64,000 nucleotides of DNA from Anaerolineales bacterium (GCA_963675375.2 OY776212.2:1651404-1715403); one strand, 5' to 3'. Shown: positions 1 to 9,277, counted from the stretch's first letter. Numbers and translations: made by a program. The notes: a model not told the origin generated them from the sequence alone.

Positions 1-477
1 ACAATTAATAATGAATTACCGGTGGATATGATCTACAATCCTGTGACCACAGAAGGGCCATTGGGGGTGTTCCCGAATGTGCACATGACTCATATTCCAT
101 TGCTGTGTATGCACTGTGATAACCCACCCTGTGTGGATGTTTGCCCGACGACCGCTTCTCAGCAGCGCGAAGATGGGGTTGTGTGGGTGGACGCCGATAA
201 ATGTGTGGGATGCAAAGCCTGTGTGATGGCTTGTCCGTATGGCGCACGCCACCCCAACCTGGAAACCGGCGTGGTGCAAAAATGCGATTTTTGTAAGGAT
301 CGGCTTGCTGAAAACGAAGAGCCGTTTTGTGTTAAAACCTGCCATCAACGGGCGCGTATTTTTGGCGATCTGGATGATCCAAACAGCGAAATTTCTAAGC
401 TGGTGAACAAAGAACGAACGGTTCGGCTGCTGCCTGAATTGGGCACAGATCCGTATGTTTTCTACATTATGGATTAG
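1..477 (+). CDS. 4Fe-4S cluster electron-transfer subunit (PsrB/DmsB/NrfC-like), 5' end cut by window edge
   Basis: The frame stays open to nt 1 (no stop in nt 1-21). Cys clusters CMHCDNPPCVDVCP, CVGCKACVMACP and CDFC...CVKTC are typical of the DMSO-reductase-family beta subunit. The first cluster motif is missing, so the N-terminus lies left of the window. Confidence 0.8.
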   Translation, partial: TINNELPVDMIYNPVTTEGPLGVFPNVHMTHIPLLCMHCDNPPCVDVCPTTASQQREDGVVWVDADKCVGCKACVMACPYGARHPNLETGVVQKCDFCKDRLAENEEPFCVKTCHQRARIFGDLDDPNSEISKLVNKERTVRLLPELGTDPYVFYIMD

Positions 478-488
478 GAAGGTGGCAT

Positions 489-1394
489 ATGGCACAACAT
501 AAAGAAACGACCTGGGGCTGGATGCTGGCAGTTGATTTTTTCTTTGCCGGAATGGGCGGCGCAATGGTAGCGATTGCCGGGATCGTACATTTGTTTTTTA
601 AGGATATGCACACTTCCCTGGTAGGGAATTTTATCGGCCCGGTGGGGGTGGCGATTGGGGCGGGATTCCTGATCTTTGAATTGGGGCGCCCTTTCCAGGC
701 GTGGCGGGTGTTCGTCAATCCCAAGGCGATTTTGACTTTTGGAGCATGGTGTATGACCCTGGCGATTGGATGCGGGCTGCTGCTGGCATCTTTTGGGATT
801 GAAAGCTTGCCCTGGGCTGATTGGGCTTGGGCACAAAATACGCTTTCCGTGCTATCTATTATCTTTGGCCTGATTGTGGCAACCTACCCCGGCGTGCTGC
901 TGGGGTCTCATAAGGGGCGTCCCTTCTGGACCGGGCCGGGAATGATCAGCCTGTTTTTGCTCTCTTCTTTGGTAACTGGGTTAGCCGGACACAGTCTTGC
1001 GGGGGTTTTATTTGGCGATGGTTTTCGGGTGAACATATTGCTTGCCACTTTGCTGGGACTGCAAATTTTGCTTTGGAGCATGTACCTGTACGTGAAGTGC
1101 AGCGGCACCACAGACCGGGAAGCGCAAGCGGCGGCTGAGTGGGTGAGCGGGAAATATGCGCCCGGCTTTTTGGGGATTCTGATGGGGTTAGGGTCTTTGG
1201 TTCCGGCAATGCTCTATGCAGTTGATACAACTGCCCTGACCGTGGTTGGCGGCGTGTTGGTGCTGCTGGGCGGAATTTGGATGCGCCTGACGGTGATAAA
1301 AAGCGGTGAAGCCCGCACCTGGCTGCCGGGAGAAGAATTTTATCTTTCGCAGCTGCCAAAAGGAGACGAAGATTTCTTAAAGGTATTAAAATAA
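489..1394 (+). CDS. NrfD/PsrC/DmsC-type polytopic membrane anchor subunit
   Basis: 301 aa and very hydrophobic, with about 8 helices. The N-terminus WGWMLAVDFFFAGMGGA is typical of the NrfD family. It sits 11 nt after the ferredoxin gene. Confidence 0.75.
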   Translation: MAQHKETTWGWMLAVDFFFAGMGGAMVAIAGIVHLFFKDMHTSLVGNFIGPVGVAIGAGFLIFELGRPFQAWRVFVNPKAILTFGAWCMTLAIGCGLLLASFGIESLPWADWAWAQNTLSVLSIIFGLIVATYPGVLLGSHKGRPFWTGPGMISLFLLSSLVTGLAGHSLAGVLFGDGFRVNILLATLLGLQILLWSMYLYVKCSGTTDREAQAAAEWVSGKYAPGFLGILMGLGSLVPAMLYAVDTTALTVVGGVLVLLGGIWMRLTVIKSGEARTWLPGEEFYLSQLPKGDEDFLKVLK

Positions 1395-1438
1395 GTGTAG
1401 AAATTCACAAATAGTGTTTGAAATTACAGGTAACCTAG

Positions 1439-2587
1439 ATGAATGACAAAATTTATATTCACTTACAGGACTTTGCAGACGACTGCATTCAGTGCGGGGA
1501 ATGTCTGCAAGCTTGTTCTTGGTTGGAAGATTTGGGCATGACCCCCGGCGAAATTGCCGAAAAGGTGGTCAGCGGGGAGTATGATGATGCCTTTATCCGC
1601 TCTCTACAACGCTGCGCCCTGTGTGGGTTGTGCAGCCAGATTTGTGTGGAAGAGCTGAACCCGGCTGAGATGATCCAGGCCTCCCGCGAAGTGCTGATGG
1701 AGCAGGGCAAGATCGTACTGGATGATTACGACCTGATGCAGGTAGACCGGGATTGGCACTATTTCAGTTTGTACCGCTCTACCTACGATATTAACTTTGA
1801 CGACCTGTACGCTGACAAGTATGACATGCTCTTTTTCCCTGGATGCACGTTGGCCAGTTATGCGCCTGAATTGACACGAGAAGTGCATGCCTGGCTGCAA
1901 GGGCAGGGCTACAAAATGGGCTTCACGGAAATATGCTGCGGGAAACCTTTGGTCAGTATCGGCCTGGGCGAACGCACAAAGCAGTGGCTTGGCCGTTTGC
2001 AAGCCGAGATGGAAGCTGCCGGCGCAACCAAACTGGTGACCGCCTGCCCCAACTGTTTACATTTGTTGGGGCAATATTTAGAGGGAATCGAGTTTATTTC
2101 GCTCTATGACTTGCTGCACGAAGCAGGGTTCCATGTGGAAGGGGCCGAGCGGCTGACGATTCACGATTCGTGCCCCGACCGTTATGAGCTGGAGGTTGGC
2201 AAACAAATCCGCGTGCTGCTGGACGGGCATCCCCTGGTAGAGATGGAGCATCATGGCAGCAATACAATTTGCTGTGGTTCCGGGGGGATCGTATCCATGA
2301 TAGACCCGCAGTTGTCCGAGGAGCGCGCCCGCCAGCGGTTGGATGAATTTGAAGCCACCGGGGCGGAACGCGTGGTGACTGCCTGCATGGCGTGCAGCTA
2401 TCGCCTGGCGCGGGCATCTTCTGCTGAAAAGATCGTACACTGCCTGGAACTGGTGTTTGACCATCGTGTGGACCTGACAAGTGTGACTGCCAAACTGCAA
2501 GCCATGTGGGAAGGGGAGTGGGGGCAATTCAATCAATACCGCTTATCCAATGCTCGAATCATAACCGGAGATGGGGACGACAGATGA
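1439..2587 (+). CDS. (Fe-S)-binding CCG-domain protein, HdrD/GlpC/DsrK-like
   Basis: Two ferredoxin-type motifs (CIQCGECLQAC, CALCGLCSQIC) followed by two CCG-type Cys-rich domains (EICCGKP...TACPNC and ICCGSGG...TACMAC). Confidence 0.75.
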   Translation: MNDKIYIHLQDFADDCIQCGECLQACSWLEDLGMTPGEIAEKVVSGEYDDAFIRSLQRCALCGLCSQICVEELNPAEMIQASREVLMEQGKIVLDDYDLMQVDRDWHYFSLYRSTYDINFDDLYADKYDMLFFPGCTLASYAPELTREVHAWLQGQGYKMGFTEICCGKPLVSIGLGERTKQWLGRLQAEMEAAGATKLVTACPNCLHLLGQYLEGIEFISLYDLLHEAGFHVEGAERLTIHDSCPDRYELEVGKQIRVLLDGHPLVEMEHHGSNTICCGSGGIVSMIDPQLSEERARQRLDEFEATGAERVVTACMACSYRLARASSAEKIVHCLELVFDHRVDLTSVTAKLQAMWEGEWGQFNQYRLSNARIITGDGDDR

Positions 2588-3894
2588 ACATTAAACCCGA
2601 AGTATTGACCTATACCAAAAGCCTGTGCCCCAAGTGTTTGAAAGTGATCGACGCCAGGATCGTGGAAATTGATGGGGCGGTGTACATGAAAAAAACGTGC
2701 CCGGATCACGGGCCGTCTATGGTATATGTGTGGCCGGATGTGGCGCATTACAACTGGACGCGTGCTTTCCGCGTGCCTTTCCGGGTGCAAAAGCACGACC
2801 CCAATTTCGATGACCGCTGCCCGACAAGCTGTGGACTGTGTTCGCTGCACAAACGCCATTCCACCTTGATCGAACTGGAAGTGACCCAACGCTGCAACCT
2901 ACGCTGCCCGGTATGTTTTATGTCTGCCGAGGCAGCATCGCCAGACCCTTCTGTGGCGCAGCTGACCCGAATTTATGCCGACATCCTGACCAAAGCGGGT
3001 GGACAGACCAGCATTCAACTGACCGGCGGCGAACCCACCATCCGTAAAGATTTGCCGGAGATCGTAAGCGCGGGGAAGCAGGTGGGCTTTTCGGCAATTG
3101 AGATCAACACCAATGGATTGGTCATTGCCCAAGATTTTGCATATTTGCAATCGCTGGTGCAAGCCGGGGCAACGGGGGTTTATTTGCAGTTTGACGGTCT
3201 TTCTGCTGAAATATACGAGCAAATCCGCGGGCGGGACCTATTAGCGCACAAGCTCCAGGCCATCGAAAACTGCCGCAAAGCCGGCATCCAGGTGGTATTG
3301 GCGATGACGATCATTGATGGGATCAACCACGACCAGATCGGGACGGTGCTTCAATTTGCGTTGGATAACCTGGATGTGATTGCCGGGGTTGCTTTGCAGC
3401 CTGCCTTTATGTCCGGGCGGTTTGATGTGGAAAATCCGCGCCAGATTACCATGGGGGATGTGGTCTTTATGCTGGCCGAACAAACGGGAGGGCTGATCGA
3501 ACCCTACGAGATGTGGCCGTTAGGTTGCTCCCACCCGTTGTGCTCCAGCGGCACCCAGCTGATCAAACAGGGAGATACCTTTACTCCCGTTACCCGTCTG
3601 ATCACCAGAGAAGAATATCTCGCCGCATTTGATGCCAACAGCCCGCAGGGGTCGATCTTTGCCGATATTCTGGCGCGAAAGACCGGTGAAGTGGTGCCGG
3701 GGCTGGCTGTGGTGGTGATGAATTATATGGACGCCGCGTCGATGGATATTGACCGTTTGATGGAGTGCAGCATGACGGTCTCTATGGATGATGGCCGTTT
3801 AATCCCTTTCTGCGCCTATCAGATGACGGATAGCAATGGGGGGCGTGTCTACCCGGCCTGGATCAGACCAGAAACGGCACCCATAGGTAAGTAG
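2584..3894 (+). CDS. radical SAM enzyme with N-terminal Cys-rich (zinc-ribbon-like) region
   Basis: The CNLRCPVCF CxxxCxxC motif is preceded by CPKC...CPDHG and CPTSCGLC. ATG 2584 overlaps the upstream stop (ATGA). The longer track ORF from 2506 would overlap the previous gene by 82 nt. Confidence 0.75.
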   Translation: MNIKPEVLTYTKSLCPKCLKVIDARIVEIDGAVYMKKTCPDHGPSMVYVWPDVAHYNWTRAFRVPFRVQKHDPNFDDRCPTSCGLCSLHKRHSTLIELEVTQRCNLRCPVCFMSAEAASPDPSVAQLTRIYADILTKAGGQTSIQLTGGEPTIRKDLPEIVSAGKQVGFSAIEINTNGLVIAQDFAYLQSLVQAGATGVYLQFDGLSAEIYEQIRGRDLLAHKLQAIENCRKAGIQVVLAMTIIDGINHDQIGTVLQFALDNLDVIAGVALQPAFMSGRFDVENPRQITMGDVVFMLAEQTGGLIEPYEMWPLGCSHPLCSSGTQLIKQGDTFTPVTRLITREEYLAAFDANSPQGSIFADILARKTGEVVPGLAVVVMNYMDAASMDIDRLMECSMTVSMDDGRLIPFCAYQMTDSNGGRVYPAWIRPETAPIGK

Positions 3895-3895
3895 T

Positions 3896-6118
3896 GTGGC
3901 GGAGATCAGGACCAACTGCCGGTTGTGCGGGTATCTCTGCGGCCTGATCGCTGAGGTCGAGGAGGGGCGGGTGTTGGGGATTACCCCAGACCCCAGCCGG
4001 TATCCTTATGATGCCGGGATTGTGCGCGGCTGCCGGCGTTTTCGGGGGAATATGGATTTCTTGGATCACCCCCAACGGATCAATTTCCCCATGAAGCGGG
4101 TAGGGGCACGCGGCAGTGATTCCTGGGAGCGGATTTCTTGGGCGCAGGCTTTGGATGAAATTGCCTCGCGGTTGGATGCTCTAAAAGCTGCTCATGGCCC
4201 CGAAACACTGTCGACCAGCATTGGCGGGCCGCATTCTGTGTATTGGCCGCTGCACCGCTTCATGAATCTGTTTGGCAGCCCGAACAATTTGGGGATTGGG
4301 CAAATCTGCTGGAACCCCGGCATCTGGGTCAACACGTTGACATTTGGCTGGCCGCTGGATTATGAATTGAACCCGGAAGCCACCCAATGCGCCATCATTT
4401 GGGGGATGAACCCGGCCGAATCGGACCAGTCTCTTTTGTGGCGCACAATTTTGAGGTATACGCGGGAAGGGGGAAAACTGATTGTGGTCGACCCGCGGAA
4501 AACGCGCACCGCCCGCCGGGCGGATACCTGGATTGCGCTTGAGCCGGGGAGTGATGCGGCGCTGGCGATGGGGCTGCTGCATGTCATCATCACGGAAAAG
4601 CTGTACGATGCCGCGTTTGTGCAAGCGTGGTGCCGCGGGTTTGAAGCCTTGGCGGCACAGGCGGCGCAGTACACGCCGTCTTATGTCGCGCACGCAACCG
4701 GTGTCCCGGTGGAAGTGATCGAACAAACGGCACGCGATTACGCCGAAAATTTTCCGGCAGCGCTGATTACCGGACGGGGGATTGACCAGCTTGGGGCGAA
4801 CAGCCTGCCAACACACCGGGCGCTGGCCTGCCTGAAGGCAATTACGGGGAATGTGGATATACCGGGGGCAGCCCATCTGGCAGAACCGCCCGACTTTTAC
4901 CCCGAAATAGCGTTCGAACTCAGCGACAGCCTGCCGGAAAGCCAGCGGGAGAAGCAGCTGGGCAGGGAGCGGCTGCAGCTGCAAAGTTATGCGGGGTACG
5001 ACCATGTGGCGCAAGCGACCCAAAAGGCTGGGGGGTATCTGCCGCACCGCTATATGACCTCTATCCATCCCGATCTGCTCTGGAAGGCGATGCTGGCGGG
5101 TGAACCTTACCCGGTGCGGGCGATGATCGCCATGGGGAGCAACCCACTGAGCGCACACGCCAATACTTCTGTGATCTACCAGGCGTTGAAGAGTCTTGAT
5201 CTTCTGGTAGCGTTGGAATTGACCCGTACACCCGTCACGATGCTGGCAGATTATGTGCTGCCGATTGCGGGAAGCCTGGAGCGGGCTACCTTCCAGACGA
5301 ACGCCGGGGTTGCCAACATCGCATACGGCGGGAAAGCGGCTATCGCCCCGCTGTACGAGCGGCGCACCGATTACGACTTCTGGCGGGGGCTAGGTTTACG
5401 GTTGGGGCAGGGGGAATTTTGGCCCTGGAAAACATTTGAAGAAAGTCTGGATGCAACCTTGTCTCCCGTGGGGCTTACCTGGGAGGCGTTTTGTGAAAGC
5501 GGGCTGTACGTGCCGCCCCCTGCGTATAAAAAATATGAGCGTGTAACTTCCGAAGGCTCTCCGGTGGGCTTTGCCACCCCCAGCGGCAAAATAGAACTGT
5601 ATGCCGCGATTTTAGCCGACCTGGGTGCGGAGCCTTTGCCGGCGCCCAAGCCGCTGCTGGCAGTGGATGCCGAGTACCCACTGCGGTTGATCAGCGGGGC
5701 GAGGGTGCTGCCTTATTATGCTTCTGGCTTCCGGCAAGTTGAGACGCTCCGAAGCATCCACCCCATTCCGCTGGCCGAGATGGGCAAAGAAACTTCGGCG
5801 CGGTTGGGGTACCAGGATGGGGACGCCGTATGGGTGGAAACTGAACACGGGCGCGCTTTGTTCTTGCTGAAAGTAGTGGAGATGCGGGAAGATGTGGTCA
5901 GTGTGGAATATGGCTGGTGGTACCCTGAATTGGAGAACGGCGATTTTGAAGGCGGCGTTTTGATCTCGAATGCCAACGTGCTCACCAGCGCAAAATTTGA
6001 GGCGTGCGACCCGGTATTGGGGCAGTGGCAGTTCAACGGGCTTCCCTGCCGTATCACGCGTGCAGGTGCAGACGAATTGGAATTTTTGAAGGCAAGAAGT
6101 GCGCCAATCGGTATCTGA
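3896..6118 (+). CDS. molybdopterin (bis-MGD family) oxidoreductase catalytic subunit, no Tat signal (cytoplasmic)
   Basis: 740 aa. The N-terminal CRLCGYLCG...C is the CX2CX3C...C Fe-S motif of the MopB superfamily. There is no RR leader. The GTG start lies 1 nt after the radical SAM stop. Confidence 0.8.
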   Translation: MAEIRTNCRLCGYLCGLIAEVEEGRVLGITPDPSRYPYDAGIVRGCRRFRGNMDFLDHPQRINFPMKRVGARGSDSWERISWAQALDEIASRLDALKAAHGPETLSTSIGGPHSVYWPLHRFMNLFGSPNNLGIGQICWNPGIWVNTLTFGWPLDYELNPEATQCAIIWGMNPAESDQSLLWRTILRYTREGGKLIVVDPRKTRTARRADTWIALEPGSDAALAMGLLHVIITEKLYDAAFVQAWCRGFEALAAQAAQYTPSYVAHATGVPVEVIEQTARDYAENFPAALITGRGIDQLGANSLPTHRALACLKAITGNVDIPGAAHLAEPPDFYPEIAFELSDSLPESQREKQLGRERLQLQSYAGYDHVAQATQKAGGYLPHRYMTSIHPDLLWKAMLAGEPYPVRAMIAMGSNPLSAHANTSVIYQALKSLDLLVALELTRTPVTMLADYVLPIAGSLERATFQTNAGVANIAYGGKAAIAPLYERRTDYDFWRGLGLRLGQGEFWPWKTFEESLDATLSPVGLTWEAFCESGLYVPPPAYKKYERVTSEGSPVGFATPSGKIELYAAILADLGAEPLPAPKPLLAVDAEYPLRLISGARVLPYYASGFRQVETLRSIHPIPLAEMGKETSARLGYQDGDAVWVETEHGRALFLLKVVEMREDVVSVEYGWWYPELENGDFEGGVLISNANVLTSAKFEACDPVLGQWQFNGLPCRITRAGADELEFLKARSAPIGI

Positions 6119-6140
6119 TTGGCGAATTGAATGAAATGGA

Positions 6141-7001
6141 GTGTTCTTGATGACAACGAAACATGCTTTTTTACTGTTTACCAAAGCGCCGATGCCCGGC
6201 CTGACCAAAACCCGGTTGACTACCGCACGCGGGGGTATCTTGACCGAAGCTGAAGCGGCGGAGTTTTATCAATCCACCCTGTTGGATGTGGCTGAAATTG
6301 GCTTCCGGGCGTTGGAAGAACTGAATGCGGCCGCCCAAAATGGGAATGGGACGGCCCCCGCACAGTACGATTTTGTGGTCTGCTGTTCCCCGCCGACAGA
6401 GCAGCCCATGCTTGAGAAAATATTTGCGGATGCCGGCCCCTGGCCCGGCCCGATGGCTTTTATCAATGACCGGGGGAAAAACTTCGACGAACACTTCGAC
6501 GATGCTTTCCAGCAGTTGTTCGACCATGGATACCATTCGGTGGTGTCCATTGGCGGCGATCTGCCCAATATGCCTGTTTCGCATCTGGTGCGGGCGTTTG
6601 AATGGCTGGCCTATTTTGATTCCTTTTCCGACCGGGGCGGCTTCGTGCAAGCGCCCTGCCAGGCATGCGGGGTTTCGCTGGTCGGGTATACCAAAGACAC
6701 CCCGATGGACTCGGAAGGCGTTTTCTATAACCTGAACGGGGTTCCGGCACTGGACGCCTACACGATCAAAGCACAGCAAAGAGGCGTGCCGGTCGCCTTG
6801 CTGGATGCAGTTGCCGATGTGGACGATGTTGAAGACCTGGCGCATGCCATTTCGATCATGCGGGCGGCTTCCTATTCGAGTATCTACCAGAAAGAATTGT
6901 TTATCCCACACCGGACGCTGGCCTGGATCGAAAAAACCGGGATTGTGATCAGCACCCCGCCCAACACGCTGCACGATCCACGGGAGCGGATTGATGCCTG
7001 A
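6141..7001 (+). CDS. DUF2064 / TIGR04282-like nucleotide-transferase-fold protein
   Basis: The N-terminus AFLLFTKAPMPGLTKTRL is characteristic of DUF2064. The likelier start is ATG 6150, 8 nt after GGAG. Confidence 0.55.
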   Translation: MFLMTTKHAFLLFTKAPMPGLTKTRLTTARGGILTEAEAAEFYQSTLLDVAEIGFRALEELNAAAQNGNGTAPAQYDFVVCCSPPTEQPMLEKIFADAGPWPGPMAFINDRGKNFDEHFDDAFQQLFDHGYHSVVSIGGDLPNMPVSHLVRAFEWLAYFDSFSDRGGFVQAPCQACGVSLVGYTKDTPMDSEGVFYNLNGVPALDAYTIKAQQRGVPVALLDAVADVDDVEDLAHAISIMRAASYSSIYQKELFIPHRTLAWIEKTGIVISTPPNTLHDPRERIDA

Positions 7002-7986
7002 AATCCAGATTGATTACGCCCGCTGTACGGGGTGCGGCTATTGTGTTGATTTTTGTCCGGTGGAAGTGTTTGATCTTGTCAGTGCCAATGGGGGCAGCAC
7101 GGGGAAGATGATTCCGCAGGCGACGCGGGCGGAGAACTGCTGGGCGTGTGATACTTGTGTGGGGCAGTGCCCGACGGGCGCTATCCGGGTGATTGAAGCG
7201 CCGGAAGAAGCCGCCGAAAAATATGCTTGTGATGAATCTTTTGCAGAGCCGATCCCGCAGACTGAAAAACGCCTGTATGCAGAATGGCACAACACACTGA
7301 TGCAGGTATTGGGTCTGCGCTGGAATCCGGTGGCCATCAAGCTGATCCCGGTAGGCGCGCCTTTGCCGGATGTGCACATGCCGCGCGTAAAACTGCGGCA
7401 CTGCCAATCGCTGATGATGGCTCGCAGGGGAAAGTCGCTGCTGATGCCGGCACAATGTCATGCCTGCCCGGACGGCACCCATATTCTGGGGTTGACCGAA
7501 ATCCCGCCCAAACTGGCCAGCGGAGAGTTGTATATTCACTTTAAGAAGTTAGCTTCTATCGAAGCCGCCCGCCAGATGATTGCGGAACGGCCGCGGCTGC
7601 CGGAACGCTCTATGCGGGCCACCCTGGTTACCCCCCTGGCGGATGCCGCACTGACACCGGACGTGGTGGCGGTGATTGCACAGCCGGAGCAAATGATGTG
7701 GTTGGTGATGGCTTCTTCATTCTATACCGGGCACCGGCCGACGTTCCAGGTGTCGGGGTACAATGCCCAATGTGTGGAAACGACCTTGATGCCGTATACC
7801 AGCGGGCAGTTCAATATCTCGCTGGGGTGCTATGGCTGCCGCGCCAGTTCAGATATCAGTGACGACCTGATGTTTATGGGCATTCCGTTGGCGCAAATGC
7901 CGGACCTGATGGCGGGCCTGAAAGCGCTGGGTAAAAAGGCGATCAAGGATTCTCGCAATAAAGTCTATCTGCCGCCCAATTTATGA
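6994..7986 (+). CDS. 2x[4Fe-4S] ferredoxin domain fused to a DUF169-like domain
   Basis: CTGCGYCVDFCP and CWACDTCVGQCP motifs, followed by a WNPVAIKLIP...RHCQSLMMARRG...CHACPDGTHILGL region that resembles DUF169. The start overlaps the upstream stop. Confidence 0.6.
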   Translation: MPEIQIDYARCTGCGYCVDFCPVEVFDLVSANGGSTGKMIPQATRAENCWACDTCVGQCPTGAIRVIEAPEEAAEKYACDESFAEPIPQTEKRLYAEWHNTLMQVLGLRWNPVAIKLIPVGAPLPDVHMPRVKLRHCQSLMMARRGKSLLMPAQCHACPDGTHILGLTEIPPKLASGELYIHFKKLASIEAARQMIAERPRLPERSMRATLVTPLADAALTPDVVAVIAQPEQMMWLVMASSFYTGHRPTFQVSGYNAQCVETTLMPYTSGQFNISLGCYGCRASSDISDDLMFMGIPLAQMPDLMAGLKALGKKAIKDSRNKVYLPPNL

Positions 7987-8528
7987 GGATGCCTGCAATG
8001 AACACTGTGACCGGCCGTGAGATTGCGGCCATGTTGAACCCCCGCCTGGCGGTATTGGTGACCTGCTGCGCACCGGACGGCACACCCAATGTGCTCACGG
8101 TGGCCTGGCATACGCCGCTTTCGCATTATCCACCGATGGTTGGCATTGCCATTGCCCCTACGCGCTACTCCCACCCGTTGATCGCGGGGGAAGGGACCTT
8201 TGTGTTGAATATCGTGGGACAATCTTTGCTCGCGGCAGTAAAAATTTGCGGGACCTATTCGGGGTTGAATGATAATAAATTTGAGATCGGCGACCTGCAC
8301 ACCCGCCCGGCCGAACTGATCCGCCCGCCGGTGCTGGCAGATGCGTTAGGGGTGCTGGAATGTAAGGTGGTAGAGGCGGTTGAAACCGGCGACCATACCT
8401 TTTTTGTCGGGCAGGTGCTGCTGGCGCAGGCGCGGCAAGACAGCTTTGCGCACAGCTGGAAAACATCCGGCACAGACCCTGTATTGCTCTGTTTGCAGAA
8501 AGATCAGTACGGCACATTCATGGAGTGA
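7983..8528 (+). CDS. flavin reductase-like (FMN-binding split-barrel) protein
   Basis: VLVTCCAPDGTPNVLTVAWHTPLSHYPPMVGIAI is typical of the flavin reductase-like domain. ATGA overlap with the previous gene. Confidence 0.7.
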   Translation: MRMPAMNTVTGREIAAMLNPRLAVLVTCCAPDGTPNVLTVAWHTPLSHYPPMVGIAIAPTRYSHPLIAGEGTFVLNIVGQSLLAAVKICGTYSGLNDNKFEIGDLHTRPAELIRPPVLADALGVLECKVVEAVETGDHTFFVGQVLLAQARQDSFAHSWKTSGTDPVLLCLQKDQYGTFME

Positions 8529-8535
8529 GACGTAG

Positions 8536-9045
8536 ATGGTACTGCCCCCCACTGAAAGTTATTTGAGAGATTCATCTGTGCAGGTGCGTCCGGCCGCGCA
8601 AGGCGACTTGCCCGGTATTCAAACCCTGATGGCGCAATCGGACATGTACGGCGAATTTTTGGCCGAAGAATGTGTGGTGGCAGAAATTGGTGGCCGCATG
8701 TGCGGGTTTGTCAGGATCGAGGTGGTGGATGCGCAGCCTTATTTGCGTCCAATCGTGGTGGATTTCCATGCGCAAGGCAGAGGGGTAGGGACGGCTTTAC
8801 TGCACTATGTCTTTGAGCGGACGAAGAGTGTGATTGCCATTGCGCGGGGAAGCGCAGCCGGTTTTTATACGAGGTTAGACTTTCAGCCGGTGGCGTGGGA
8901 TCAAATTTACGAGCCTTTCCGCCAGGAGTGTGCGGCGTGCCCGGACCTGGCAGAATGTCAGCCGCAGCCGATGATTGCGGTGACAAAATCGAAGGGTGAC
9001 AGAAACTACCCGATAAGTAATCCCAATGATAACCCGGATGGGTGA
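8536..9045 (+). CDS. GNAT family N-acetyltransferase
   Basis: 169 aa. The acetyl-CoA motif region RPIVVDFHAQGRGVGTALL (Q/RxxGxG/A) is present. It is the last gene of the tightly spaced operon. Confidence 0.65.
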   Translation: MVLPPTESYLRDSSVQVRPAAQGDLPGIQTLMAQSDMYGEFLAEECVVAEIGGRMCGFVRIEVVDAQPYLRPIVVDFHAQGRGVGTALLHYVFERTKSVIAIARGSAAGFYTRLDFQPVAWDQIYEPFRQECAACPDLAECQPQPMIAVTKSKGDRNYPISNPNDNPDG

Positions 9046-9085
9046 TGACAGAATGACCAGGACTTGATAGTATTTTTATACAACT

Positions 9086-9220
9086 GATCTCCGAAGTTTC
9101 TCGACCTAAGGCACTCGCTATGGTTGGGAAAACATCCCCTCTGGCGAGGAGCGGGTCTTGGATGGAAACATCTGGCCTCCCGACGTGCTGAATACGCAGC
9201 ACCGAATTGGAAAGGAGTAG
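9086..9220 (+). ncRNA. candidate molybdenum/tungsten cofactor (Moco/Wco) riboswitch aptamer
   Basis: Sequence blocks CUCCGA (9089-9094), GGCGAGGAG (9143-9151), GGCCUCCCGAC (9174-9184) and GGAAAGGAG (9209-9217) match my recollection of the Moco RNA motif. Local hairpins are ggga/tccc (9126-9138), gatg-GAAA-catc (9161-9172) and gtgctg/cagcac (9185-9202). CUCC at 9089 can pair with GGAG at 9214. Downstream genes are Mo/W-linked (FmdE, DUF364). Confidence 0.5.
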
Positions 9221-9248
9221 CTATACAAGGTATATTTACTATTCCATT

Positions 9249-9277
9249 TCGCCGGCAGATATGCTGGCGATTTTTTT
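9249..9277 (+). terminator. intrinsic terminator (candidate riboswitch expression platform)
   Basis: Stem tcgccggc / gctggcga with loop agatat, followed by TTTTTTT. It lies between the aptamer and the strong RBS (aaggagg) of the FmdE gene. Confidence 0.6.

Noticed and set aside
2506-2583. An upstream extension of the radical SAM ORF; the track starts it at 2506.
   Set aside because: The extension would overlap the HdrD-like gene by 82 nt and adds a non-conserved-looking peptide. ATG 2584 gives the common ATGA stop/start coupling and a sensible N-terminus (MNIKPEVL...).
3896-6118. A check for selenocysteine recoding (in-frame TGA) or a Tat leader in the molybdopterin enzyme.
   Set aside because: The ORF is uninterrupted over 740 codons, and the N-terminus goes straight into the Fe-S Cys motif with no RR signal. 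There is no evidence for either feature.
6141-7001. Interpreting the DUF2064/TIGR04282-like gene plus the nearby radical SAM gene as an arsenosugar (ArsS-type) biosynthesis pair.
   Set aside because: The radical SAM protein here has a different architecture (an N-terminal zinc-ribbon-like Cys motifs, about 436 aa), and no ars genes are present. The context is Mo/Fe-S redox, so the arsenosugar label is unsupported.
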